The notes beneath the pieces are model-generated. The model had not been told where the DNA came from and did no database searches. It saw nothing but the letters and a program-made list of their open reading frames with translations. The position numbers and the translations under genes are program-made. Source: an uncultured Planctomycetaceae bacterium (lineage in GTDB: Bacteria > Planctomycetota > Planctomycetia > Planctomycetales > Planctomycetaceae). Taken from it: a DNA stretch of 64,000 nucleotides. Position 1 is the first letter of the stretch; every line of letters begins with the position of its first letter. Positions 1 to 12,430 of the stretch are shown here, in pieces. The stretch is taken from NCBI GenBank assembly GCA_963815195.1, contig CAWFGE010000008.1, positions 480,001 through 544,000 on the forward strand, given 5' to 3'.

Positions 1-1
1 G

Positions 2-118
2 ATCTATCCCAACGTGTACGACGGCGTCGACGGCATGCACTTCATCCAGCAATGCGTCGCCAGCAGCCACGAGAACGGGGCCTGGCTCACCATGAAGCAC
101 GCCTCCGCAAGAAGATAG
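2..118 (+). CDS. 3' end of probable Gfo/Idh/MocA-family oxidoreductase (partial, runs off window start)
   Basis: Own translation from nt 2: IYPNVYDGVDGMHFIQQCVASSHENGAWLTMKHASARR*; resembles the typical C-terminal 'P...DG..GM.FI..CV.SS...G.W' tail of this family. Confidence 0.6.
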   Translation: MYPNVYDGVDGMHFIQQCVASSHENGAWLTMKHASARR

Positions 119-225
119 GGAGATATTGAGATTGGGAGATTGGTTCATCGTCAGCCTTTTCCGAAACACATCCCCCTCTCTTGGAATTCAAACACGGCCC
201 GCAGCGCGATCCGTCGTCGCTGCGG

Positions 226-300
226 GCTTTTCTTGTGGGGGCATTGGGATTTCGGATTTTGGATTTGTTTCGGATTTCGAGATTCGGATTTCGGATTTGA
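226..300. repeat. Heptamer-rich dispersed repeat (TTTCGGA-type), copy 1
   Basis: 28-bp core TTGTTTCGGATTTCGAGATTCGGATTTC at 265-292 is identical at 4895-4922 and 38781-38808. Confidence 0.85.
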
Positions 301-344
301 CCCTGTAGAATCCGTGGCGGTGGTTCGGTTCTCGTGAAGGGAGT

Positions 345-1984
<1,640 letters not shown>

Positions 1985-1985
<1 letters not shown>

Positions 1986-2076
1986 ACCCATGCCGACCGC
2001 TTGCGGTCGGACCTGGAACATCGTCCCAAGCCGACCGCTTGCGGTCGGACCGACGCCCAAGGCGTCGGCTTGGGTT
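1985..2076. repeat. REP-like palindromic cluster between convergent genes
   Basis: GCCGACCGCTTGCGGTCGGACC at 1992-2013 and 2030-2051, closed by CCCAAGCCGAC...GTCGGCTTGGG inverted arms. Confidence 0.8.
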
Positions 2077-2093
2077 GAAGATCCTCTCGAAGT

Positions 2094-2891
2094 TTACGGC
2101 GTCCAAATCGCAGGAGCCGTGCGCGGCGTTTCCGTGCGCGGTTTGCGGCGGGCTTTCATGCGGAGGTACGGGGCCACGAAGCGGCCGCGGTGTTTGAAGT
2201 GTCCCACGGGAGCGGTCGCATCGGCGCGGCAGGGTTCGACCAGGTCTTCAATCACAAACCCCGCCCGGCAGAGGCCGCCCACAAGTTGCTCCCAGCGGTG
2301 CAGATATTCCGCCGTGCCCGCTTCGCGGTAGGACGTGTCTTCACAACCAGGCAGCGGCCCTTCATGGTAATACTCACGGCCGATAACGTATTGATTCCGT
2401 TCCGTCCGATGCGTGACTTGCAGGCTCGTCGGGGTTTTGTGCTGGCTGATGTAAAGTCCGCCGTCTTTAAGGACTCTCGCGATTTCCCGATAGACGGCTT
2501 CGACATTGGGAACGTAGCAGGTGCTGACCGGCTGATGCACGAGATCGAACATGGCCTCCTCCAGCATCGACAGATCGTCCATCGAGGTTTCGATCGTGCG
2601 GACGGAAAGCTTCCGGCGGTCGGCTTCGCGGGCATCCAACCTGAGCATGGCCGGGCTGAGATCGACGACCGTCACATTTGCCCCGGCACTGGCATACAGG
2701 ATCGATTGCCAACCCCCGCCCGCCGCCAGGCAGAGCACGTTCCAGCCGCGAACCTCCGCGGGCAGCCAGCCGCGTCCGTCGAGCACCGCGAGCGGCCGGG
2801 CGCATTCTTCGTCGCTGGCGACGCTTGCAAAGTTGCTGCCCTCGGCCAGCCGGTTCCACGCCGCGCGGTTTTTATCACGAAACGCCGACAA
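2094..2891 (-). CDS. Class I SAM-dependent methyltransferase
   Basis: VLCLAAGGG motif I, VTVVDLSPAML, FDLVHQP, EIARVLKDGG; probable TTG start at 2891 just after the upstream stop (ORF track start 3017 overlaps the upstream gene). Confidence 0.88.
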   Translation of the reverse strand: MSAFRDKNRAAWNRLAEGSNFASVASDEECARPLAVLDGRGWLPAEVRGWNVLCLAAGGGWQSILYASAGANVTVVDLSPAMLRLDAREADRRKLSVRTIETSMDDLSMLEEAMFDLVHQPVSTCYVPNVEAVYREIARVLKDGGLYISQHKTPTSLQVTHRTERNQYVIGREYYHEGPLPGCEDTSYREAGTAEYLHRWEQLVGGLCRAGFVIEDLVEPCRADATAPVGHFKHRGRFVAPYLRMKARRKPRTETPRTAPAIWTP

Positions 2892-2895
2892 CGCC

Positions 2896-4074
2896 TCACT
2901 TCCCCGCCTGCGTGGATTCTTGAATGACCGCCGCCGCGTAGCCCACGTAATCGCCCGCCTGTTCGCACGCCGACTGCCAGGCGTCGTACCGCCCCGCCTC
3001 TTGGCACAAGCGGGCATAGGAAAACCCGTTCTGCGAAAGATCGTTCACCTGGCACAGATAAGGCGTCGCGGCATCGACGGCTTCGTCCAACCGCTCCAAT
3101 CGCATCAACAAGTCCACCAGCACAATCGCCAGATAGGGCTTGTCTTGTTCGTCCGGCTCGGCCTCCAGGCGGTCGCGGAAATACTTCAAGTGCTCTTCCA
3201 CGTTCTCGCCCGCGAGCACTTTGAAGAAGTGCACATGGGCCGGATAGAAGTCGTCGAACGGCGGATCGCCGGGGTATTGGAACTGCTTGGAAAGTTTCGA
3301 ACCGTATTCGCAAAGCTGCATCACCTTGGAAAGCTCCGGCGTGTTCCGGTCAAACGCCCGCGCGAACCGCACCACCGAATTGAGATGCGAGACATCGACA
3401 TGATAGTTGTCGTTCTCGAACAGCCAATCCCGCCCGGCGATCAACTCGTGAATCGTTTGTCCCGGCGGCACCATCGCAATCCGCTGCTGGACTTCGTGCT
3501 GCAAGGTTTGGGTCAGGTCTTCATAGAGTTCGTTGACCAACATCGCCGCCGCCCGCTTTTGGTCTTCGGAAGAGAGCAACTGCTGTTGGAGAGCCTGATC
3601 GAACGTGGTGATGGTGTTACAAATCCCATAGGTCCGCAGCATCAACTCGAGCCCCTTGACGGGATGTGCCCCTTCGTGAAGGGCGATGGCGATGTATTGC
3701 TCGGTTTCCTCGTCCGCCTGGCGATTCGTGCTGAGGTTTTCGAGCGATTCGCGGACCTTGTCGCCTTCGCCGATGGTGCGAAGATAAGGCCAGGCCCGCG
3801 GGATATTGCCGTCGGCCAGAAACAAATCGCCCACCTCGCGGGCCGTTTCGATGTAGTGGTCTTCAAACTCTTTCCGCTTGTCGTCGGGCACATCCAGGGA
3901 AGTCGGCTGAGCCAAGGGCAGGCCCATTTCGTAGCGGTGCTTGAGGAGCGCCGCTTCAAACAGGCGGTCGTAGTTTTTCTCTTCGCGGAGCGTTTCGATC
4001 AATTGATGAATCGCCGACTCGGTGCCGGAGGTCTCCTGGATGTGCTTTAACTGCTCGAACAGGGATTCGCTCAT
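2896..4074 (-). CDS. Conserved hypothetical helical (TPR-like) protein, ~392 aa
   Basis: Long ORF with protein-like composition, start MSESLFEQL; sits between two co-oriented genes. Confidence 0.75.
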   Translation of the reverse strand: MSESLFEQLKHIQETSGTESAIHQLIETLREEKNYDRLFEAALLKHRYEMGLPLAQPTSLDVPDDKRKEFEDHYIETAREVGDLFLADGNIPRAWPYLRTIGEGDKVRESLENLSTNRQADEETEQYIAIALHEGAHPVKGLELMLRTYGICNTITTFDQALQQQLLSSEDQKRAAAMLVNELYEDLTQTLQHEVQQRIAMVPPGQTIHELIAGRDWLFENDNYHVDVSHLNSVVRFARAFDRNTPELSKVMQLCEYGSKLSKQFQYPGDPPFDDFYPAHVHFFKVLAGENVEEHLKYFRDRLEAEPDEQDKPYLAIVLVDLLMRLERLDEAVDAATPYLCQVNDLSQNGFSYARLCQEAGRYDAWQSACEQAGDYVGYAAAVIQESTQAGK

Positions 4075-4126
4075 GGGGATGACTGTCGGTCTGGGATACT
4101 GGAGGAATGATTCTTGAATTTCAAAG

Positions 4127-4666
4127 TCAATGGCAACCGCAGCCGCCGGTGCCGCAACCCCCGCCCGTGGATTCGAGTTGGACCAGTCCTTCCGCATTCA
4201 CGGGTTGGACTTCGATGATCCCGAGCCCCGCAGCGGCGGCTTGGAGGGCGAGCTTGGTGCAATCGGGGCCGCGCTCGTTCAATACATAAAGCACGAGTTT
4301 TTTGCGGTCGAGCATCCATTCCAGATCGACCAGTTCCAGGTTCAAAGTCCACTCGGCGATCCGCCGGCACCAGGCTTCAAACTGGCCTTCGCAATCCGCG
4401 CGGGCGGTGATGTATTGATCGAGGTCTTCGTCCGTCCCGGCCCTCAGGAGATGCGACGCATCTTCCCCGGCTTCTGTCGCCGGCATGCGCTCGAACCGCT
4501 CATCGACATCCTGGAGCAGCGTGCCCAACTCCACCCCGCGATGCGTCCGCACCACGACCGCGGCGTCTCGTCGCAAAGTTTCCGCGCAGGCGACCCGAAA
4601 CTTCGCCACCTCGGGGATCGCGCCGTAGCGGACCAAAACGGTTTCATGCACAACGAGTGGATTCAT
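4127..4666 (-). CDS. PSP1 C-terminal domain (RicT/YaaT-like) protein with Cys-rich tail
   Basis: VVVRTHRGVELGTLL, LLRAGTDED, LELVDLEWMLDRKKLVLY; ends GGGCGTGGCGCH. Confidence 0.75.
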   Translation of the reverse strand: MNPLVVHETVLVRYGAIPEVAKFRVACAETLRRDAAVVVRTHRGVELGTLLQDVDERFERMPATEAGEDASHLLRAGTDEDLDQYITARADCEGQFEAWCRRIAEWTLNLELVDLEWMLDRKKLVLYVLNERGPDCTKLALQAAAAGLGIIEVQPVNAEGLVQLESTGGGCGTGGCGCH

Positions 4667-4862
4667 AATCTGTGGGTCAATCGAAGGAACCAAAAACCTG
4701 TGCGGGACATTTCATCATAACAACCAACCGCCCGCACCCAAAACGAGTACGCAAAATCGCACGATACGGTGAATTGGGTGGCTGGTCCCTGTGCGCAGCG
4801 ATCGCAAAAACCATGTCCCGCACTGGGCCTCTCGAAAACGGCAGAGTTGCACTTCAGCGGGT

Positions 4863-4922
4863 TTTTGTCATTCTGGTTTTTTGAGAATTGGGAGTTGTTT
4901 CGGATTTCGAGATTCGGATTTC
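4863..4922. repeat. Heptamer-rich dispersed repeat, copy 2
   Basis: Same 28-bp core at 4895-4922. Confidence 0.8.
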
Positions 4923-4944
4923 CTTTAGCACCGAGGAGCCATCG

Positions 4945-5778
4945 ATGACACAAGCCGGCCGGTTGAGCGATCAAGTTGTGTGGATTACGGGGTCCTCCCG
5001 CGGATTGGGGCGGGTGATGGCGGAGGAACTCTGCCGGCGCGGGGCCAAGGTCGCGGTCCACGGCACCCGGGCCGACAGCCCCAAGACTTTCGACGAAGGC
5101 GGCACGATGCAGGAACTCGCCGATGAGCTGGCCGCGGAATTCTCCACCGAAACGATGGCGGTCTGGGGCGATGTGACGAAGGAGTCGGAAGTCCAAAGCA
5201 TCGCCCAGGAAATCCGCGCAAAGTGGGGGCGGATCGATCTTCTCGTCTGCTGCGCGGGCGGGGACATTGGAGCGGCCGGCACCGGCGTGGGACGCGGCGG
5301 CCGGCCCGACGACGATGACTGCCTGAATATCGCGATTTCCGATCTGCAAAGCGTGATGGACCGCAATCTCTTGAGCGTGATTCTCTGCTGCCGGGAGGTC
5401 GTCCCGGAGATGCAGGCCCGCAAGCGGGGGCGGATTGTGACCATCGGCAGCATCGCCGGCTGCGTGGGCCGGGCCGAGGGTTCGATTTACGCCGTCGCCA
5501 AAGCCGCGGTCCACGAATACACCCGCTGCCTCGCCGCCCAGCTTCGGCCGGACAACATCGCCGTCAACTGCGTGGCCCCCGGCGGCACGGTGACCGAACG
5601 CTTCCTCCGCATCCACGAAATCGACGAGAGCCGCCTCGTCACCGCAGGCACCCTCGACCGCTACGGCCGGCCGCACGAAGTCGCCACGGTCGTGGGTTTT
5701 CTCTGCTCCGAAGACTCCGCCTTCATCAGCGGCCAGGTGATTCGCGTGGACGGCGGCGGGCAGACGTTTCCGTGCTGA
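4945..5778 (+). CDS. SDR family NAD(P)-dependent oxidoreductase
   Basis: ITGSSRGLG, YAVAK (YxxxK), VNCVAPG, ISGQVIRVDGG; GAGGAG RBS before ATG 4945. Confidence 0.95.
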   Translation: MTQAGRLSDQVVWITGSSRGLGRVMAEELCRRGAKVAVHGTRADSPKTFDEGGTMQELADELAAEFSTETMAVWGDVTKESEVQSIAQEIRAKWGRIDLLVCCAGGDIGAAGTGVGRGGRPDDDDCLNIAISDLQSVMDRNLLSVILCCREVVPEMQARKRGRIVTIGSIAGCVGRAEGSIYAVAKAAVHEYTRCLAAQLRPDNIAVNCVAPGGTVTERFLRIHEIDESRLVTAGTLDRYGRPHEVATVVGFLCSEDSAFISGQVIRVDGGGQTFPC

Positions 5779-5999
5779 ACGCGAGTTCTGCCAGCGCCCC
5801 GAATCGGGCGGGCAATTCCTTCGGTTGTCAGTGGTTCGCCTTTGTGACTTCGTGGTTATTTAACGAAAAGATGGGACAAATTGCCGGTCTCCGATGGATG
5901 CCCGGGCCGGCAGTTGGTAAAAAATGGCTGTCAGGACCCTCTCCCCCCGCGCTCGGATTGCGTCCCGCCTGGACCGAATCGGAAAACAAGCCAACTTAA

Positions 6000-7283
<1,284 letters not shown>

Positions 7284-7328
7284 GGTTCGAGCCGGGGGTT
7301 TGGGCCGGTCGATAGTGAAAGAAGGAAA

Positions 7329-7477
7329 GGCGAGCGGCCGGCGTCAGCCGGCTGATCACTCACGAACGCTCGTTTGGTTCTTGTTTTCCAGATCTCACAC
7401 GTTGGGGAGATGGATTTGCCCTTCCGTGAGATCAGGGGGCTGACGCCCCACGCTCGCCTTGTTCAGGGGGCTGACGC
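7329..7477. repeat. REP-like inverted pair
   Basis: GGCGAGCGGCCGGCGTCAGCCGGCTGAT ... ATCAGGGGGCTGACGCCCCACGCTCGCC, plus a partial third copy TCAGGGGGCTGACGC. Confidence 0.8.
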
Positions 7478-7501
7478 AGGGACCGACCCCGGGACGAATC
7501 A

Positions 7502-8149
7502 TTGACCAAGGACACCGCCGCCGCCGAGAATTTTGAATCGCCGGATTCCTCCGCTGGCGAAAGGCGGGAGGGATCTTGGGTGGTGGCGCTGTTGTTTTGG
7601 GGAACGATGCTGTCGGCGGGGATGTTGTATGCCCTGGTGGCGCTCTCGCCGAAGCTCGTGTTTTATCTCAAATTGCGGGACGATCGCTATCAGACTCAGG
7701 TCAAGCTGGTGACCTTGGAGCACCGGGTGCTGTATCTGAAAAAAGTGATGCACGCCCTGGAGAACGATCCCGAATTCGCCGCCGAGCACGCCCGCGTCGA
7801 CTTGGACGCCCAGCGGCCCGGCGACGAGACGATTCCTGTCGACGAGAGCCTCCACTACATCCCGGATGGGGAATTCGATCCGTCGGCGTTCAAGAAGAGC
7901 ATTCTGCCGTGGTACACGGATCTGCTGGAAGTGTTCGCCGCCGATCATAAAAAACGGCGGGCCTTGTTGATCGCGGCCGTATTGATGTCGCTGTTTGCGT
8001 TCACGTTCTTTCAAGAATCGCAAACCTCCCAGATCCTGGCGTTCGCCCGCGGCTGCAAAAACGGCTGGCTCCGCGCCACCGCCCGCTACCGGGCGCCGGG
8101 CGAGGCGGCGCCTGACGAAACCCCGGTGCCAAAGGATTCGTCGAGCTGA
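7502..8149 (+). CDS. FtsB/DivIC (septum formation initiator)-like membrane protein with a second TM segment
   Basis: TM helix, coiled coil, then LENDPEFAAEHARVDLDAQRPGDETIPV; directly downstream of eno. Confidence 0.65.
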   Translation: MTKDTAAAENFESPDSSAGERREGSWVVALLFWGTMLSAGMLYALVALSPKLVFYLKLRDDRYQTQVKLVTLEHRVLYLKKVMHALENDPEFAAEHARVDLDAQRPGDETIPVDESLHYIPDGEFDPSAFKKSILPWYTDLLEVFAADHKKRRALLIAAVLMSLFAFTFFQESQTSQILAFARGCKNGWLRATARYRAPGEAAPDETPVPKDSSS

Positions 8150-8268
8150 ATTACGCGAACTTGCCGGAACGTCCGCCGCGATCCGTCCGGCTTTGAACCG
8201 CCCCCGCTCCCGATGCGAACCGCGCGCGTGCGACCGACTGTCCGGCTATGCGCCAATTCTGCCCGCAT

Positions 8269-8321
8269 TTTGGACAAACTTGTCAAAATGCGTTTGACAT
8301 CTGCAAACGGGATGATACCTT
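8269..8321 (+). promoter_or_regulatory. Putative sigma70 promoter with upstream imperfect palindrome
   Basis: TTGACA 8294-8299, 16-bp spacer, TG-n-TACCTT 8313-8321; TTTTGGACAAACTTGTCAAAA just upstream of the -35. Confidence 0.5.
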
Positions 8322-8478
8322 GGTGTCAAGCTGGGAAGAATGGATAGTCTTTGCCGAAAAAGTAGACTTTTGAAACGCGCTGATTTGGCGGGTTCATTTC
8401 CGGCCTTCAAAGCGCGATGTGTGGGTGTTGCGAGTATTCGCAGTATGGTCAATGTTTTACTTTCTGGGAGGTAGAATC

Positions 8479-8993
8479 ATGAATCGAAAGTTTTTGGGAC
8501 TGTTGGCGTTGGGGATGTTGGCGGTTGGGGTGTCGATGGTGGCGGGCACCGAAGCGGAAGGCGGATTGTGCGATTGGTTGTTTGGCCGAAGCCATTGCGC
8601 GTGCGCTCCGGTCTGCCAACCCTACTGTGGTTCGATGTGCGACTTTGACGATGACGACTGGGAAAACATGCGGCGAGCCTGCCATCCGGTGTGTCTCCGG
8701 TGTGCCATCCCGTGTGTCACCCGGTTTACTACTCCGCTTGTCATCCGATGTGCCAACCCATGTGTCAACCGGTGTATCGTCCGATGTGTGCTCCGGTGTG
8801 CCATCCCGTCGTGAACTGCTGCACGCCGGCTCCGACGTGCTGCGCGCCGGCCCCGACCTGCTGCAGCCCCGTTCCTTCGATGGCTCCGTCCGCTACCCCG
8901 GCTGCCGCTCCCCCGGCTGCCAGCGAAGCCGAAGCCACCCCAGCCAAAGCCGGCGACACCGAAGCTCCCAAAACGACCGAAGAGAAAAAGTAA
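8479..8993 (+). CDS. Exported Cys/Pro-rich repeat protein (one frameshift near 8692)
   Basis: GGGAGG RBS; signal peptide MNRKFLGLLALG...AEG; C-[HQ]-P-[VM] repeats continue in a second frame to TTEEKK*. Confidence 0.75.
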
Positions 8994-9037
8994 TTAACGC
9001 TTGGGCTCGTTCACTCTGCGGCTCAACATTGAAAATC

Positions 9038-9072
9038 AGCCGAGCTTCTTACTTAAGAAGCCCGGCTGTTTT
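9038..9072. terminator. Intrinsic terminator hairpin between convergent genes
   Basis: CAGCCGAGCTTCTT-ACTT-AAGAAGCCCGGCTG followed by TTTT. Confidence 0.7.
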
Positions 9073-9099
9073 CCTTTTCCGACGGCAGGAAGGATTCGG

Positions 9100-10085
9100 T
9101 CAGTTTTGCGAGGATTGCAACGAGGCGGCGAAACTGTGGTCGACTTGATGGCGGTCGATGGCCATCCGTGCCGTCAACCCATCTTTGAGGACCCCGCCCT
9201 GGTTGCTGACCTCGGCCCAGACTTTCACCGAATGCGTCACCGGTTCGACTTTGACGTCGATGTAGGCGATCCGGCCGGGAAACGTCAGGCGTTCGCTGGG
9301 CAGGTCCGCATCGGGGATGTCCAACTGCACGCGCACCACGGAGCCGGCCTGAATGCTGTCCAAATCCCGCAGATGCACTAAGCCCTCGACCTTGACGCGG
9401 CTGGTGTTGACCAGTTCCAGAATCGGCTCGCCCTCGGCGACGGCTTCCCCCCGTTTTTTGAAGACCGTGCGGACCTGGGCGTCCATCGGGGCGAGGATTC
9501 GGTGAAGCCGGAGCTGCTCGAGCGTCTCGTTCCGCTTGAGCTTTTCAATTTCCAAAGCCGTTTCAGCCTGCTCCAATTGCAAAAGCGCTTTCTCGGCGGC
9601 GAGGCGATGCGCGCGGAGCAGAGATCCGACACCGTGCCCGGCACCACGCTGTTCGCCTGGAGGTCCCGCTCGTATTCGACCTGCGCGAGTTCGCTGGCTT
9701 TTTTGGCGTAGCGGATTTCCACATCGTTTGCCGCCTGCTTTTCGGCGACGGCGAGCGTGGCCTTCACAACGTCGTCCCGCGTGTGGGCGAGCACCTCGCC
9801 TTCTTTGACCAACTGCCCTTCCGCGGCCACCATGTCCAAAACACCCGCTTTTTCCGCCGCGACTTGCATATCGTGGAAAAGTTTGATCTGGCAACCGCCC
9901 AGAATCACGTGCCCGACGCTCCCAGGGGAAGACGGCGGACGGACAGCCGGGTTCTGGGGCGGATTGTTCGCGGGAGGAGTTCCGCCTCCGCTTGCGGTCC
10001 GGGGCGATTCCGCCCGAATGACCGGATCAAATACCAACACGCCGCCCAAAACAGCCAGCGCCAGCACCGCGAAAGCTCGATTCAT
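9100..10085 (-). CDS. HlyD/RND periplasmic adaptor subunit (frameshift near 9620)
   Basis: Signal peptide; lipoyl-like VAAEKAGVL...EGQLVKEGEVLA; second half HRILAPMDAQV...GEAVAEGEPILELV...GRIAYIDVKVEP in another frame. Confidence 0.85.
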
Positions 10086-10194
10086 CGGCTTGTCTCCTAT
10101 GATTTCTTGTTCGTTGAAATGGGTGATCTGGGCACTTGTCCGCGACAGGGGCAGCATTTACGATGGAGAGGTTGAAATTGAATGTCGCATTCAT

Positions 10195-10312
10195 CAGCCG
10201 GCGCTAGCCCCGGTTCACTGGGACAACCGGACGCCAGCACAATGCGGCTGGTATTTGGTAAGTCGGATTGATTAGCCGCCGGGCGCTAGCCCCGGTTCAT
10301 TGGGACGACCGA
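10195..10312. repeat. REP-like elements (GCGCTAGC core), two direct copies
   Basis: GGCGCTAGCCCCGGTTCA[C/T]TGGGAC twice (about 10201 and 10282). Confidence 0.75.
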
Positions 10313-10332
10313 AAACTAACTCCGAGGCAAAA

Positions 10333-10776
10333 ATGGCTTTGTCAAAAAGAATCCTGCTGATTGAGGACGATCGGGACATCTCCTCGACATTGCGGGGGGT
10401 GTTGGAGGCCGCGGGTCACAACGTGATCACGACTCCGAACGGTGTGGAAGGACAGAAACTGATCCAGGCCGAAAAGCCGGACCTGGTGATTACCGACATG
10501 ATGATGCCCCGCATGGGCGGGTTCCCTGTGTTGGAGTTTCTTCGCACGTTGGACGATCCGCCCAAGGTGATCATGATCACCGCGAACGAAGGCGGCCGGC
10601 ACAAAGCCTACGCCGAAATGCTGGGCGTGCACGAGTACCTCCGCAAGCCGTTTGCGATGGATGTCATGCTCGAAGCCGTCGAACGGATTTTTTCCGGCAC
10701 CGGCGACGAGAGCACCGGCGACAAAGACGAAAAGCCGTCCTCCCGCATGAAACGGGCTTCCAAAAAACGGTCCTGA
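10333..10776 (+). CDS. Single-domain response regulator (CheY-like receiver)
   Basis: [34 protein letters not shown]. Confidence 0.95.
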   Translation: MALSKRILLIEDDRDISSTLRGVLEAAGHNVITTPNGVEGQKLIQAEKPDLVITDMMMPRMGGFPVLEFLRTLDDPPKVIMITANEGGRHKAYAEMLGVHEYLRKPFAMDVMLEAVERIFSGTGDESTGDKDEKPSSRMKRASKKRS

Positions 10777-10782
10777 CCGGCG

Positions 10783-11076
10783 TCACTCAAATCCCAGATT
10801 GTGTTCGATGCTGCGGGCCTTTTCGGACATTATGTATTTCCTCCACCATTGATCGGGATCCTTTACGACGTGCTGGTCGGCGCGGCCTTCTTCGGCCATG
10901 TCCGTAATCCAAGCCTCGTCCTCTTCTTCGGTTGGATCGGTGTAGTCCGTTCCGTCGCCGCGAAAAATATCTTTGGCATAACGAACGACCGGCCGCATGG
11001 GTTCGGTGAGAACGCAGCCCGTCAGACCAAACACAACTCCTACACTGAGGGATAAGAAGATTCCACCGCGACGCAT
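10783..11076 (-). CDS. Small hypothetical lipoprotein
   Basis: MRRGG...VVFGLTGC lipobox; acidic body; ends ARSIEHNLGFE. Confidence 0.7.
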   Translation of the reverse strand: MRRGGIFLSLSVGVVFGLTGCVLTEPMRPVVRYAKDIFRGDGTDYTDPTEEEDEAWITDMAEEGRADQHVVKDPDQWWRKYIMSEKARSIEHNLGFE

Positions 11077-11255
11077 AATCACGCTCCCCCGCCTCGCCGC
11101 CGGAAGGCGGGATGCGGCTGATGTCTCGAGTTGGCTAAAGGAGGCGGTGAGAGAGAGGGGCGGGCAATGTGGCAAAAATCGCCCGTGGCGTCCAGAGCAG
11201 TTTTTTCGTGACGGTTTTCCCATTACATGTTGAACTTACGGAAACCGAGGGCCGC

Positions 11256-11961
11256 ATGAGCGAAGAAACACTCGACGTTCTCGTGGTCGCTCCGCACCCC
11301 GACGATGCGGAAATCAGCGTGGGCGGGACGATCGCGGCCAGCCGGCGGCAGGGGCTCTCGGTCGGGGTTTTGGATTCTCACCAATGGAGAACCGACCCCC
11401 CACGGAAGCGTGGAAATCCGCGCACGCGAAACCGCGGCCGCCACCGAGGTTTTGAATCTCAACTGGCGGCAGAACCTGGGCCTCCCCAACCGCAGCCTGG
11501 AAGACACCCTCGAAGCCCGCCGGAAGTTGGCGGGCGTGTTTCGCGTCACCCGGCCGCGGATTGTGCTGGCCCCGTATTGGGAGGATGCCCACCCCGATCA
11601 CGTCGCCGCCAGCCGGCTCGCGGACGATGCCCGCTTCTGGGCGAAGCTCAGCCGCAGCGACCTGCCCGGCGAACCGTTTTGGCCGCCTGCGATTTATTAT
11701 TACTGGAGCATTCATCTGCGGATTCATCCCCGGCCCGCGTTTGTGCTCGACATCAGCGAGACGCTCGAAGCCAAAATGCAGGCCATCCGCTGTTACGAAA
11801 GCCAATTGCTCGTCGGCCGCCCCACGGACCATCCGACCGTGCTCGACGACATCCGCGACCGGGCCCGGTATTGGGGCTGGAGCATCGGCACCGCGTATGG
11901 CGAGCCCTTCGCCAGCCGGGAGGAACTGGGCGTCGGCAGTTTGAAGGCGCTTTGGTCATGA
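11256..11961 (+). CDS. bshB1: PIG-L family deacetylase, BshB1-like (frameshift near 11375)
   Basis: [19 protein letters not shown] in one frame; [11 protein letters not shown]...DAHPDHVAA...YGEPF in the next. Confidence 0.8.
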
Positions 11962-12239
11962 AAATCACGGTGGAGTTCTTCGGCATTCCCCGGCTCCGCG
12001 CGGGCCGGGCCGACTCGGTGCTCCACCTGGACGGCAACAGGCACTCCGCACCGCTTTCCGAGATTCTCACCGCTTTGGCCGAGGAGTTTCCCGCACTGGG
12101 CCGCGATTGCATTGACGGCGGCCGCTTGCGGCAAGGCTACATCGCCAACATCAACGGCAGCCGGTTCGTCTCCGATCCCGCCGCGAAAATCGCCGACGGC
12201 GAAAGCCTGCTGATCCTCTCCGCCGACGTCGGCGGCTGA
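11958..12239 (+). CDS. MoaD/ThiS family sulfur-carrier (ubiquitin-like) protein
   Basis: [16 protein letters not shown]...ANINGSRFV...[20 protein letters not shown] overlap with the upstream gene. Confidence 0.88.
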   Translation: MKITVEFFGIPRLRAGRADSVLHLDGNRHSAPLSEILTALAEEFPALGRDCIDGGRLRQGYIANINGSRFVSDPAAKIADGESLLILSADVGG

Positions 12240-12312
12240 TCGCAAAAAAACACCCGCGGATCGATCGAGGAACAACCGCCCGCCTTTGTGCGCCTTCGTT
12301 CAAAAGGGGCGT

Positions 12313-12430
12313 CACAGAATCATCGCGCACAAGATCATGGTTTTGTGAACCATGATTTTGTTGAATCGAACTTCGGTTGAGAATCTTCTCCCATTTCGCG
12401 CGACCTTCGCGGAGCGAAAGGCGACTTTCT
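12313..12430. repeat. Intergenic repeat remnants
   Basis: CACAGAATCAT...GAACCATGATTTTG resembles 29517-29550; followed by a palindromic TTTCGCGCGACCTTCGCGGAGCGAAAGGCGAC half element. Confidence 0.5.

Noticed and set aside
1992..2051. Two 22-bp palindromic repeats as a CRISPR array
   Set aside because: Two units with a 16-bp spacer; fits a REP cluster
2551..4050. 499-aa plus-strand ORF (and similar long shadows at 5931-7244, 23675-25294, 29762-31051, 45811-47172, 55399-56847)
   Set aside because: Antisense to well-supported genes; no recognisable domains
11169..12239. Apparent 356-aa deacetylase-MoaD fusion in the ORF track
   Set aside because: Artefact of the frameshift near 11375; the middle is out-of-frame sequence and MoaD has its own ATG at 11958
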